Assembly: GCA_001179505.1 (NCBI GenBank) | Contig: CDMY01001052.1 | Coordinates: 153,486 to 217,485, forward strand | DNA: 64,000 nucleotides | DNA from: Vitrella brassicaformis CCMP3155 | Taxonomy: Eukaryota > Protista > Chromerida | Direction of reading: 5' to 3' | Shown: piece by piece, positions 1 through 13,100 of the stretch | How the letters are laid out: every line of letters starts with the position of its first letter | How positions within the stretch are numbered: position 1 is the first letter of the stretch | Notes under the pieces: model-generated | Told to the model about the DNA's origin: nothing | The model's database searches: none | What the model saw: only the letters and a program-made list of their open reading frames with translations | Made by a program: the position numbers and the translations under genes

Positions 1-316
1 GAAAGAAAGACCTTTTGCGCGCTTCTTCCCGTGGTGCACTCGTTGATCCGTCGGTCGAGCCTTAATTGTGACTGCACGTGGAAATCTCCATGCTTATTGA
101 TTGATGCACACCGCACACGTACGTCTTGCGAGACCTGCCCGCGTCACTCACTCACTTATCAGAGTCTGCTCGACACGACACACCACATGTCTCTCCGCCC
201 GACCAGAAACGTCAGCAGGGACGCAATCCATGCAGACTGCACTTCTCCCACCCGCCCACCCACCCGACAGATACCCATCTAAATGCGTTCTTTCGTGGTG
301 GTAGGTACCCACCCCC

Positions 317-1300
317 CTACTCTACTCCCCCTGTCGTCTTGTCATGGAATTCCTGGATCTGTCGCTCCAGCTTGTCCATCTCTGCCAGCACAAGAAGGCG
401 CTGCTCGTGCATGGCCTTCTTGACGTCGGGCAGCGTGTCGGCCTGGTCGTGGCGCACCTTGACGATCTTGCGGGCCTTTGCCGCCCGCTTGAAGAAGAAG
501 AACGAGCCGATGAAGAAGATCGGGTGGATGGAGCAGGCCATGCCGGCGCACCAGCCGCCCATCTGCAGGTTGTTGAACTCGCTGTTCCCCTGGCTCCTGC
601 TCATGTGACCCACACCCAAAATCTGAGACTTGCGAAGACGCAACAGGTCCATCTCGCCCATCCGGCTGCGCGCCTCGGCAAGGGTCGTCCGCTGCCATGC
701 CTTCGACCGCTCACTCAGCGATACGACCACAGGGGGCAGGGGAGAGGGCGATGAGTCGCTCGTCTGCGGCGTCTTGTCACCATTGTCACCATCAGCAGCC
801 GCAGCAGCAGCAGCAGCAGGAGCGGTTGATGCGTCCTCATGGCTGGTGGCTGCTCCTGGCTTCTTGTGGATAAACTCGGCAATCACGTATGGCTCCTTGA
901 GTGTGGCCTCGAGCACGTCAAGGGCCTGCGACCGCATGCCCTCCCGCACCGTGCCAATGGCGTCCAGCATCCGTTCACGCCAATCCTCGTAATCAAACGA
1001 CACAGCACCAACGCCATCGCCACCATCGGCCGCACTGCCTGCCGGCTCCTCTTGCCCCACTGCTGGTGACGAATCGTCGTCGTCAGCTTCAGCTCGGTCG
1101 GTCCTCTTGGTCTCGGAAGATGGCGGCGTTTGCCGGCTGCCAGGGATGATGGGGATGGCCTGGGCGGAGAGCTGGCGGGTCAGGTGGAGGGAATGCGGTT
1201 CGAGGGAGATGCGGCATGGCTGAGAGGCAGGCGAGATCAGCTGAGAGCTGGGAGGCGCCAGTCTCGCCAAGATCCGCCGCAGAGGACGCATTGACGCCAT
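317..1300 (-). CDS. Hypothetical protein, probably mitochondrion-targeted, with a C-terminal hydrophobic segment (single exon)
   Basis: Uninterrupted ORF with ATG at 1300 (MASMRPLRRILARLAPPSS..., Arg/Ser-rich and acid-free, like a presequence). Hydrophobic CSIHPIFFIGSFFFF segment followed by KRAAKARK. No family recognised. Confidence 0.7.
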   Translation of the reverse strand: MASMRPLRRILARLAPPSSQLISPASQPCRISLEPHSLHLTRQLSAQAIPIIPGSRQTPPSSETKRTDRAEADDDDSSPAVGQEEPAGSAADGGDGVGAVSFDYEDWRERMLDAIGTVREGMRSQALDVLEATLKEPYVIAEFIHKKPGAATSHEDASTAPAAAAAAAADGDNGDKTPQTSDSSPSPLPPVVVSLSERSKAWQRTTLAEARSRMGEMDLLRLRKSQILGVGHMSRSQGNSEFNNLQMGGWCAGMACSIHPIFFIGSFFFFKRAAKARKIVKVRHDQADTLPDVKKAMHEQRLLVLAEMDKLERQIQEFHDKTTGGVE

Positions 1301-1582
1301 TGCTGCGACTAAAAAGCACCTTTCCCACACCACACACCTTTCAGCTCGCAAGAGTGTGAGCTTGCAGGTGAGTTGTGGAGATCTTTCATGCTCCTGTTCT
1401 GGAGTGCCTCCATTGCTCTCAGCTCGTTCACGCTTGCCGCTTCGTCCAAGCTTCTTCTTCCCACTTGCCCGGCAGCCTTCAACCTTACACCTCAACCATC
1501 TGATCCAACCCGCTCCTTCTCAGTGTCGAGCGTTTCTGCAAGAGCACCTGCAAGGGCTGTGTGTTCGTCGTCTGCAGCCGGC

Positions 1583-2781
1583 ATGGGGCTCCTCAAGGTG
1601 CCTGCGGAGAACCTGTTTGTGTCTGAGCCTGACCCGCTTCTGTTTGGGAATGATGAGAACGCCGAGAATGATCCCACCTGGACGAACGGCAACTGGCTGA
1701 AATCAAGATTCCACTTCTCGTTTGCTGGTCAGTCAGCTACATGAAGGAGGGGAAAATGTTATAAGGGGTCATTCTCTGTCCATCTGTGTGTGCAACAGAG
1801 TACCATGACCCCCAGCGCAGTCAGTACGGCGTGCTGCGTGTGATGAACGACGACCTGGTGCAGCCCAACAGAGGCTTTGGCACACACGGACACCGCAACA
1901 TGGAGGTCAGTCGGGAGGCATGTTCTGTTCTGCTGAGTGCGTGTGGGAACACCCCCATCTCGCTTGATATCGTGTCTGTCAGATTGTCACTTATGTGGTG
2001 GAGGGCGCTCTGACGCACCAGGACTCAATGGGCACGGCCGAGACTCTGGAGAGAGGGTCCGTTCAGTTCATGACTGCTGGCACGGTGCGCATGTGATGTG
2101 GTGCACACTCACGTCTACACAGACACTCATTTGTTCGTTATCTATTTGGTGCCTGCAGGGGGTGCGGCACAGCGAGCACAACCGCGACAAGGCTCGGCCC
2201 CTCCGATTCATCCAGATATGGATCAACCCGGTGCAGCTGGGCCTGCAGCCCAACTATGGCAGCCTTAGAGGCAGCCTGGACCAGCGCCACAACAAGCTCG
2301 CCCATCTCGTGTCGCCCGTGGACAAACTCAACAAAATGGTCAATGAAGGAGTCACTTACGAAACAATCAATCCATTTCCCAACGTGTGTTGTGTTGTGTG
2401 TGCATTCAGGGCGAAGCTGGGGAGATCAAGATCAACCAGGATGCTCACATCTACGTTGCTGAGCTCGACACCGGCCGTCAGGTGGCGTTGTCCCTTTCAG
2501 AGGGCCGGATGGCCTACGTGCTCTGCGTCGAGGGCGCCCTGTCGATGGAGGGACCTTTCGGCAAGGAAAGCCTCACAAAGCACGGTGAGTGAGACGACAG
2601 ACAGGGAGACCATCCACCCGGCCCTCAGCCAACAGCCGGGCCTTTTGTTGTGTGCGTGTGTGTGTGTGTGTGTCCAGATGCTGCCCGAGTGGATGGCTCT
2701 GGTGCAATCACGTTCAGTGCTCTGGAGAATGAGGACAAGGAGCCCGGCCATGTGCTCATTGTCGAAATGGCTCAGAAGTAA
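1583..2781 (+). CDS. Pirin-family cupin (YhhW/quercetin 2,3-dioxygenase-like), 6 exons
   Basis: Spliced exons give WLKSRFHFSFA-EYHDP, LRVMNDDLVQPNRGFGTHGHRNME, VQFMTAGT-GVRHSEHN and RFIQIWI. Metal ligands HxH and HxE are intact. Canonical GT-AG introns. Confidence 0.93.
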
Positions 2782-3744
2782 TGATCGTCGTGTTAGCAAT
2801 ACCCACACAGGGAGGGAGGGAGGGGTAGATTTTGCTTGTCAGGCTGGGCGAAGGGGGGCAACGACACTCACTGTTCTCGTGCGCCCGTTTTTGGGGGCCA
2901 GGATGCTGTTTGTGCATATCTATGGTGATGGATAAAGAGATTGACGGACGAACCATCTTTGGTGGGTGCTGTGAGATGCGATGACATTTACCTTACTGCA
3001 CTTACCTGAACGACATGGGCATCAAGAAACACGAGACACATGTACGTCTGGGCCACATTGAAAAACCACCGGCACAAAGGCACCGCACCAATCCTCTAGC
3101 CAATCCTCGCAAAGATGCACTAGCGCGTTTTGGGTCACATGGGCAATGGCAATGGGCACGCATGTGTGCACTGCACACCGGGGAGAGAGGGAGAGAGAGA
3201 GACAAAGGGATACATACCTTGAGTCGACACCACACGGAGATAATACACTTCGCTTCTTTTCGCATTGAGATGCACTCAACGCTTGCTGCTACGCCACCCC
3301 ACGCCACGCCATACAATCCTTTCTTAAGCCAGAGACAAACAAATACCTGTCTTGTCTGTTAGCGTATGCCCTACGTGTGCAGACAGAGACACACTCTGCA
3401 CAAATATATACTCACCTACTTAGGTATATATATAGAGAGAGCGAAGAGACACACAGTGACCACAGCGAAGATACGCACACACATGGTACCTCTTTCCCTG
3501 TTCTGCCATGCCCTCTACACGGACTCCGAAGCTCCAAGAGCCAAAAATGATAGGACGGCAGCACCTGTCTGTACCTTGCGCACGCACCCATCCATCCATC
3601 CATCAGGTCATTTGTAACAATCTCCGTGCAGCGATCATCACGCACCAATAAATACACTGACTGACCAACAGACCTACTAGCGGAAAGAAAGAATGATGAG
3701 AAAGAGAGCATAGCATTCTCTGCACAGCACACAGCACACATGTG

Positions 3745-6700
3745 TCACCGACATTTGTCCGATTGGACAACTCTGGACTTTCGAATCACCTCCCCCCGGC
3801 CGTCTAGGGCCTCCACCATGTAGTACCGGCACTTCTTGCCCGCCTCGCGCACCTCGACCCACATCTCAAAGCGCCGCTTGTCGATGGTGTCCAGCTCTTT
3901 CTTTGGGGGGGCCTTGGTGTCCTCGTATATCCGCCACTTCTTGGTCTCTGTGGAGCCGTTCCAGCTCACATGGAGGCGGGGGACAGTGCCGCTGTGTCCC
4001 TTCACTTTGTCGTTGGTGAGCTTCAGCTTGGGCCCCCACTTCGGCTCGCCCCGCCACTCGAACTTGAAGGCCCGCTGACATGACAGAGACACAGAGGGAT
4101 GGTGGTACGGTGTGTGGGGGCAGTGTGTAAGCGCATACGTATGTGGAAATGTCGCTGTTCTGCCACCGCACCCACTCCATCTCGAACACCTTGTTCCCCT
4201 TACGCGTGACCTACACGACCACACACACCCCACCCCCAGGCCGCCGTCAGGCCAGCCAAGAGGACTGGACAAGACAAGACAAGGCACCGACTGGACTGAC
4301 CTCTGTGTAGAATGGCGGGTTGGCCCTCCCCTGTGACGAGCCCCAGCAGATGCCCTTGTTGCCGTTGGGGAGCTGACACACACACACGCACAGAGAGAGA
4401 CGTGGAGGTGCGTGTGTGGGGCTGTGGTTGTGTCTGCTGACTCACCCACCGTCTGGACGTTGCCCGTCACCTGCCCGAAGTAATCGGGTTTGTGCCGATA
4501 CTCCCACACTGCACACAGACGGACGGACATCACCTCGCCCTTTGTGTGTGTGGTATGTGTGCAGGTGGACAGACAGATGGACGCGACGCACCCTTGGTGG
4601 CGGTGTTGTCTTTGGTGTCGATTTTGTACTCGACTGCGCGCGACCATGGGTGCTTGCAGAACTTCTTGCTCTGCCGGAACTTCTTGAAGTCAGCTGCATG
4701 CATCCACACACACAAATATCCATCCATCTCCCATGCGTCCATCGATGTCACACACACGCTTGGCTGGCTTGTACAAACTACACACACTTACAGTGACACA
4801 GATCATCTGACGGACAGACACCACACACACGCAGCCGCAGCCGCAGCCGCACACACAGAAATAACGTCATCACCCATCCGCCACCCAGCCATCTCTCTCT
4901 CTGCGTGTGTGTTGTCTGTCTCAGCTGTCTCGGCTCACGGTTGTCGAAGATGGTGATTCGGTCCTCCCCGATGGCCCTCACGTCGTGCGAGTCGATGACA
5001 GCGTGCTGGTCGTTCTTGATCTTGATGGTCGAGAAGGCGCTCACCCCGCCGAACCTGTAGACTGTGTCGCCGTTCTCATCCACACGAATCAGACCCATGT
5101 TCCGCATGTTAATCTATATGCCCATCCATCCACCCACCGACACCGTGTGTCAGAAACACACACATGGGGGGAGGGAGAGGTGCGTGTGTGTGTGTGTGTG
5201 TGTGTTGACCAGACCAGGTATCCGGCGGTTTTGCCGTTCTTTCGCTTGACCCAATCGACCGAGTTGTTGTGGAATGGGTTCTTTTGGGAGTGGAGGGAGA
5301 GCTTGCCGGCCTGCTTGGGCTTGAAGTGGTCCCACGACCGCCACTCGAACATCTGTCAAAACACCAACCACAACCACAACCACAACCACAGGGAGGGAGG
5401 GATCCATTCATTCGTCAGTTGTGTGCCGTTGGTCGGTCGACAGTACCACATTGCCTCGAGTGTCGATCTCCTGCACAATCACGCCTGTGAGTGTGTCCAA
5501 GCCAAGAAGGAAACCCACAACAGACACACAGAAGAGAGTGAGAGGAAGGCACTCGGTGGGCTGACTTACCGAGCATCCGGTCGATTCCCTTGGTTGGTTT
5601 GTTTTGCCAGTCCTTGGCCATCATCAGCGCCCATCCCTTGTGGTTGACTTGCAGCCCGTGCACGTTGGCGCGGTAGCCGTGCTGCACACAGTACTTTTTG
5701 GAGTGGGTCCGATACCGATGGTCCACCTCGAACGCACACACCTGCACACAGCACAGCGCAGGAGAGAGTCCGTGTGCAGACAGACAGCAAAGGCGTCCAA
5801 GGCACGCACCGGGTCTTCGTCGTCGAAGTATGTGGCTGTCCCTTTGTCGAAATACGTCAGGCGGCCGTTGCCCTGTGACATACACGTACAGACAGACAGA
5901 TAGCATGTGTCGATGTCGATCGATGTGGTCTCCCAGACTGATGTGCTCACTGACTGTACCTGCACTTTGAAGTCTCCCAGCCAGCTGAAGATAGGGAGCA
6001 CCACACCACAATCAGGCCAGGCCACTCCCACTTACTGCTTGCAGCTAGCTAGCTACCTGTCTTTCTTATTCCAGTACACAAGGTCGCTGCACACACACAC
6101 ACACAGATCGGACAACCATCAGCCATCCACCATCAACCATGTCTCTCCTGCCAAGTCTCTCTCTCATTTGCGTTGTTTTCCTCTCTCACCCACCCGTCCT
6201 GGTCGAGTATGAGGAGGTAGTGCCTCCGCTTGTTGCCCTGGTTGAGCCCCGCGAAGATGTACCCGTCCGCGGCGTTCTTGCCAGGCTTGCTCTTGACGTG
6301 CCACCTCGGCAGGTCCGGCGGCACGTTCCTGTACTCCGACCAGTCCACTCCGTCCGCCTGCTGCGTAATGACGCCATCCACACCGTTATACCCATAACCA
6401 TAACCATAATCATCGCCACCATCGCCCTCTGCATCGCCATCACCACCGGTATAAAGATAGTCTATGTCCTCTTGTCCCTCGCTGTTATCCTCGCCGTCCC
6501 CGTCAACACCATATAGGTCACCATACAGATCATCATAAGCACCGTCATAAGGGTCATCGATGCTCTCTCGCTGCGCGTGTGTGTCGGGGAGGCCGAAAAA
6601 ATCGTCCACGAGACGGTCGATTGGCGAGGGGCCTTCTGCTGCGGGCTCCTCAAGGTCCATTTCTGGACCGGGCTGGTTCTCATCCGGCTCTTCCTCTGCA

Positions 6701-7321
6701 GGATCGTCGCCGTCGATGACAGTCTCACCATCGGTGCCGTCTTGGTCTTCTTGGTTGGGGGCCTTTCGGCTGGCGGAGAAGTCGAAGTGCGCAGAGATTT
6801 CGAAGCTCCACGAGAAGCCGCCGATCCTGGCGCCGCGCTTGGTCTGCAGCACGTCCTTTCTGACGTCAATCTTCACCTTCTCCCCCTCCTCAAAGCTGGT
6901 CACATGACCGAAAAGCCGGGGGTGCTCGTGTGGGTGTGCGTGTGTGTGCGTGTGTGTGTGCTTACACGCCGCTTGGGTGGAAGACCACGGTCCTCTTGTC
7001 GTCGGCCAGGCGGACCTCCCCTTTGTGAGCGCCGCTCTTGCTGCCGACGACGGAAAAGAGCCCAGGAAGCGCCTTGTGCAATCTCTTAGAGTCGATGCGC
7101 TGCCCCTGCCGGACCCCTATGGAGGTGAAGGGCGACACGAGAATGGCGTCTGGCCGGGGGTGCACGTACACAAAGCTCCCGAACTGCTGCTTGGCGGTGG
7201 ACTTCTTCTTGCCCTCGAGCTGACGACGCCTCGCGTGGTGGTCGGCCGAGCCTGCGGCGTTGAGCAGAACGGTCAGCAGGATTAAGGTCAGGTGGCCTAG
7301 TCGCCGCCTCGCTCGTGTCAT
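3745..7321 (-). CDS. Secreted arylsulfotransferase (ASST / Arylsulfotran_2-like), multi-exon
   Basis: N-terminal signal (LGHLTLILLTVLLNAAGSA). Family motifs NPFHNNSVD, GYLINMRN, DQHAV, ITIFDN, GNVQ, RAFKFEWRGEP and HVSWNGSTE. N-terminal HPRPDAILVSPFTSIGVR Ig-like region. Confidence 0.85.
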
Positions 7322-7646
7322 CGACGCCGGCGCCTAGCATTCACGAGTGACTCGGAGTGAGTCACCCACTTCTCGTTAACGGCCGGAGCTGTACTATTGT
7401 TTCTGACCGAAGTTGTTGATTCGATTCTCACGAACGCTTCCAGATGGTTCGTTCCTCTCCGTCTCACATCGATCATCTTACACTACACTACACGTGTCCA
7501 CGCACACATACACACAGACAAAGAGGAGAACAGAACAACAGGCACAGAAGCAAGACCTACTATCCGTCAAGTGCAAGCAAAAGCATCGCAGAGCAGAGCA
7601 GAGCAGTCCTTCGGACCACACTCCCTCTGCATGCACTGACTGCACT

Positions 7647-10107
7647 TCAAGACTCGTTCCTATCACCACCCCCAACCTCCACAGAGGCATCATACACACC
7701 TAGCTGCACCACATCCCGAAGCCGCCTCAGCTCAAACAGACACAGCGGCCTCTCACCATGACCCAGTCGTCTCGGCACCATCCCTGCCATCCACATATCA
7801 CCAGCACCATCCAACACAGCCGTAAACTCCCCCCCAGCAGCCACAGCAGCCACACGAGACATGTCAGGGGGAAGGGGGACGGCCGTCGGCGTCTCGACAT
7901 TCAGGCTGGCCGCCGTGGCATCATCCTCTCCATCGAGGCTCTGACTAGACGTCGATCGGACAAAAGGTGGTGGAGGCGAGGGCGATGGCTGCCTCTCTCT
8001 CCGCAGCAGAGGGGCGGGTGACGGAGCCCGCCTTCCAGGCTCCCCCAAAGCATCGTTTGCATCATCTCGACCGCCCCCTACCCCCAGTTGCCCGACATTG
8101 TTTCCCCCGAAGGCGAAGAGCCGCCCAGCGGTCGTCCACGCGACCGAGTGTTCGCCCCCACATACGACCCTCACCACTCGCTCTGTGGCCATCAGGGGGA
8201 TATGGATCCGTTGCGGCTCATCTAAACGGCTGCTTGGCGATGCGCTCCGCTGCGGCATCAGGGGAGGGGGAGGGACAGGGATGGCCATCGGGGTGGGGGC
8301 CGGCTGGGTGGTGTGGATGGGGAGGGTGCTGGTGTTGGTGTTGGCTGCTGGGACAGGGGGAGGCAGGGGAGTGGGGCCACGCCCCAGCTGGCCGGACTCG
8401 TTGATCCCCCACGTCCATACGCGGCCGTCAATGTTCACCTGACGTATGAAAGCAGGCAGAGGCTTGGCTTGGCTTCTATACGTCTTCTGTCTATCCTTCA
8501 CTTACGGCGACACTATGTCGATGGCCGGCGGCTATGTGGCCAATGGCGCCGGCCGCCCTCCTCAGCCCCTGGATCTCATGCGCATGCGGCCCTTCCTCCC
8601 TCCGACCAGCCTCGCCCCTCCGTCGCCCAGGACCGAGGTTGCCCCACCCCGCCTCGCCAAAGCCAAACACGCGCCCACATTGTGACAGCAGCAGTGTGAA
8701 GCTGTCCCCTGCCGCGGCACTCACGATGTGGTAGCTCTCGATGCCGCCCACTTTCTCCATCCGTCCTCCTGGCTGCGGGTAGAGATCTGACCGCCACCTG
8801 CCCCACACGAAGGCATTCCCCGGGTGTGTGAGGGCAATGGCGTGCCCCATGCCGCAGACGACGCGGCTGACACGGAGAGAAAGAGATGGGCTGCTGGGCG
8901 TGTGCAGCACGTAGGGCTCCGTGACGAGACGCAAAGGGGCCTCCACATCCCGGCTGATGCTGCTCCTGCTGCTGCTGCTGTTCTGATCACGTGTGGTCAG
9001 TCGAGAGGCTGGGAAGCGCTGACGGCTGCGGGCAACAGGGCCGTGGGGATGGGGTGTTGTGAAAGTTGCCATGAGGGCGCGCATCCGATTGGTCCTCAGA
9101 CCGAAATGACAGCTCCCAGCAGTGACGCTGTCGATGCGCTCTGGCTGCGAAGGGGGAAGGGAAGGTGATGAGGAAGATGCCGTCGACGCAGCACCGACAA
9201 AGTCGCCCCACAGAAAGCGGCGGATGGAGCGAGTGCGTGCCGGGGGCGCGGGAAAACTGGCCGGCACGCGCACCGCAGCGACCGATTGCCGGCCCGGTGA
9301 GGCACCGTCCGTCGTCACTCCCAGGGCAAGGAGCTCGAGGCCTCGGCCGATAATGAGGAAGTCCCCGTCAGGTCGATGGCGATAGATGAGATGCTGCGGG
9401 CCGGCTTGCAGGGCGACCGGCTCGGCCAGCTGCCTCTCCCTGAAAGCCACATAACGCAGCTCGGTCTCGCCGGGACGCAGCAGCCGCCGGGGAGATGCCT
9501 GCTCCGCCGACTCGACAGCTGGATGTGGCTGCGGGTGCGGGGTGGGCAGCGCGGAAGCCGATGACGCATGTGGCACTTCCGCAGGCGGAGGGCCGGCCGC
9601 TGTGAGACCGAAGCGTTCTGACCCGCTGATAGACCCGCTAGTGCTCCGGACTCGGCGCAGCGCCTCTGCTGGCAGCTCGGGGACGCTCAGAAAGGTGCTA
9701 GACGCCCGGGCGCAGTCTTCAAGAGGTGGAGGCACCTCAGCAGGGTCAGGTGGGAGGGTCCGCTCGACCCCAAGCAGGCGATCGTGCGCCACAGCGTTGA
9801 CTGCCGCATTGAAAGCAGGAGCCACTCCTGCAGTGCTGGCGAGAGATGCAGTATCGAGATGGCCGAGGATGGCGTTGAGAGGGCCGTGCTCGCTGACCAG
9901 CAACTCGGAAGCAGACTCAGCCCCGCCGTCTGCCGCCGCGGCGTCCTGACCGTCAGGCAGAGGGGGTGGTTCTGCTGGGAATGGACAGGAGCTGCTCGAC
10001 GTCGGCTGCATTGGAACTGCCTGGGAGTGCGCTGCTCTGATGAGGATGAGGGAGGGAGGGAGGCATCGGGTGAGCGGCAGCGGTTTCAGGGAGCACCCTA
10101 GGCGCAT
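7647..10107 (-). CDS. F-box-like plus RCC1-repeat protein (start may be 10008; 3' end uncertain)
   Basis: RCC1 repeats VVCGMGHAIAL, AAAGDSFTLLL..GRVFGFG, IAAGHRHSV..GRVWTWGINESGQLG, VVCGGEHSVAW and VAAGGEFTAVL. One intron at about 8440-8507. Degenerate F-box LNAILGHLDTASLASTAGV. Confidence 0.85.
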
Positions 10108-10170
10108 TGGGGTCAACTTGAAGATCTACCGCCTTGGATTTGCCTTATTTGCCTTTGGAGCGCTCCATCG

Positions 10171-13100
10171 ATGGCATTCAAGCGGCCTTGCTCATTTGTT
10201 TCATTGCTGCTCCCCACAGCAACAGCCCCCCTCGTCAGCCGCAGACACATCACCCACCTGCGCAGCCGACTGGCCTTCCGACATCTGCAGCATACGGCAG
10301 CAATGTCAGCATCGCAACCATGCGGCCGCCACCAGAGCACGGCTGCTTCTGCTTCGGGGCAAGGGGACGCACCGGTTCAAGCGTCGTCATTGAAGCAGAC
10401 AGATTCCGACGCTTCTGAGGTGGAGGAGGAGCACGGCAGCGGGACAGCGGTGTCGTCATGGCTGGCCTATCTCCGGAATGTGCCAAGCAGTGATGAGGCG
10501 CCACCGCAGCAGCAGCAGCAGCAGTATCAGGAGGCTGGAGATGATCGGCCAGCAGAGAAGCCAGATCATCTACCGCCTCCCTTCATGTCGGTGCACGCGA
10601 GCAGGGCGACTGCATCATCCGATATCCACGGCGAATCGACGGAAGCGGCTGCTTATGGGAGGGGGGCAACCATGGGCCTAGACGAGCTGAGCGACGCCAT
10701 ACGCTTCTATGGAGGGGAGGGGGCATCGGCTGGTCGATCGGGGCCCATCGATGTGTGCCCGTCTGATGCTCATGGAGAGGAGGGGCAGGAGAGACCGTCG
10801 ACGGTGCGTGAGGGGAGTTTTGGTGGTGGTCATCAGGTGGCGGAGGACGATCCCACCAGCAAGGCGAGATCTGTCATGACGTCACTCACCGAGGTACGTC
10901 CACACACAGACAGGGAGGGAGGCAGGCAGGCAGGCTCGTGACCTGTCCATCTGTCCATCTGTCCATGCATCCCTCTGTGTGCCGTTGATTGCCATCGGTG
11001 GGTCAGGAGGACACCGAGTCGTTTCCCCGTTACCAGCGGCCCTTTGTGGATCTCATGTGGGTCGAGTGCAAGGCCGGCAACGGGGGCAGCCCCCTCCCAC
11101 TGGCAAAACGGTCAGCAGGCAGGCAGGCAGGCAGGCACCCTGTGATGTCATGTCCTGTGCCTTCTCACCTCCTATGTGTCTGTTTGTGTCTGTGTCTGTG
11201 TCTGCCTGTGGCTCCACTTCATCGATCAGCAAGCCGATTCGGCCGCACGGTCCAGGGTACGGCGGTCACGGGGGCAATGTCATCCTCAGGTCCACACACC
11301 TCGTGCAGGACTTCCTCAGAATCGACCAAAAGGTGAGCGAATGAGCTAGAAAGACACGCAGGCACGCAGCAGACAAGCCCGCCACTCTGTCTGCCTGTGT
11401 GTGGTGTGGTGTGGTGTAGATTCGCGCCAATGACGGTGAGGATGCCCATGACACCCACAGAGGAAAACACGCCAAGCACCTCACCGTCTACGTGAGCGAC
11501 CGACCTGCCACACAATGGCAACACGATGATACCCTCCTCCCTCACACGTGTGTGTGCGCGTGTGTGTGTGTGTCTGTCAGGTCCCTCAGGGCACCATCAT
11601 TCGCAAGCGCATCCCCGTCGGCGAGAAGCGCGACGGCAGGAAGCTCCACAGGCGCGTCTTCTGGTAGGAACCAACACACACACACACACACACACACAGA
11701 GATGGTCGGGTGCAAAGGCACATGTCTGTCCGTGTGGTGTGGTGTGGGTGTGGGTGGTGTGCAGGTATCAGATCTTGAATGACAATGAGGAGCTGACTGT
11801 GGCCACTGGCGGTTTGGGTGGCCTGGGGTTCTCGTCGTTCAAGAAGAAGGACGGCCGCCGGGCCGCGCCGGGCGAGAAGGTGCTGCTCGAGCTGGAGCTT
11901 AGAATCATGGTAGGTATCGACAGCCAGCACATCACATTCACATACACGCACGCGTATGTGGAATGACCTCTGTCTGTCCCACACGCACTCATTGCGTGGC
12001 TGCCGCTTGGTCGTGTGCAGACGGACGCCTGCCTTCTGGGCATGCCCAACTCAGGTGTGGTGTGGTGTGGTGTGGTATGCCAGACGGGCGACGTCATCGG
12101 CGTGTGGCATGCCATGCGTGTCGTGGCTGTTGGTGTGGTTTTCTCCCTCCCTCCCTCCCTCCCTGCCTTTCTGCAGGCAAGACGTCTCTGATGGCAGCGA
12201 TGACCCGCTCGCACACGCGCATCGGCCCGGAGCCCTTCTCCACCACACGCCCTCATGTCAGTGTCATCGGATTCAGGTACGCCAGCCAACCGCCACACAC
12301 ACATGGATGGATGAATGGACGGGTGGCGCTTGATTGGTCAGGGACGATGTGCGCATCCGTGTGGCAGACCTTCCTGGGCTTTATGAAGGCGCACACGTGG
12401 TACGTGGTGGGCCAAGCAAAGCAAAGCAAGGCCCGCCCTGCTCATGCACCCATTGACATCGCGATCGGTCACATGCAGATATGGGTGTGTGGTGTGGTGT
12501 GGTGTAGGATAAGCTCAAGGGCTGCCGGATCCTCCGGCACACCTACCGGAGCAAGCTGCTCATATACGTGGTCGACGTGGCGAACCGAGACTCAGAACCG
12601 GACAGAGACCCGCTCAAGGTCACAGCCCCCAAAACGTTGATCGGGTGCTCAATCCCTCCTTGTCCATTTCTGTGTGCGAATGAATGGTGTCGGTCGGTTG
12701 GCAGGAGGTCGAGGTGTTGATGGACGAGGCCAAGAGTTTCTTCGAGGTCAACAAGGCCAAGAAGGAGCTGGTCATCGCCACCAAGTGCGACATGCTCCAC
12801 AAGGACGCACTCTTCAACCTCGACTCGCTCTACTTCCGACTCAAAGCACGATACCCCGACATCGACGTAGTGCACCCATCCACACACACACTCACAAACA
12901 TCTCTCTCTCTCTGTCTCTGTGTGTGTGTGTGTGTGTGGTTGTGTGTGTGAAGGTGATCGGCACATCAGCTCGGTTCGGTTTGGGCATCGAGCGTGCGGT
13001 GACCAGGATCCGGCAGCTGCTCTACCCCGACATGCTGCTCACCGCCGAGCGCGTCAAGGCCAAACCGATCGACGAGATACTCCTGCCCAACGAGCAGATG

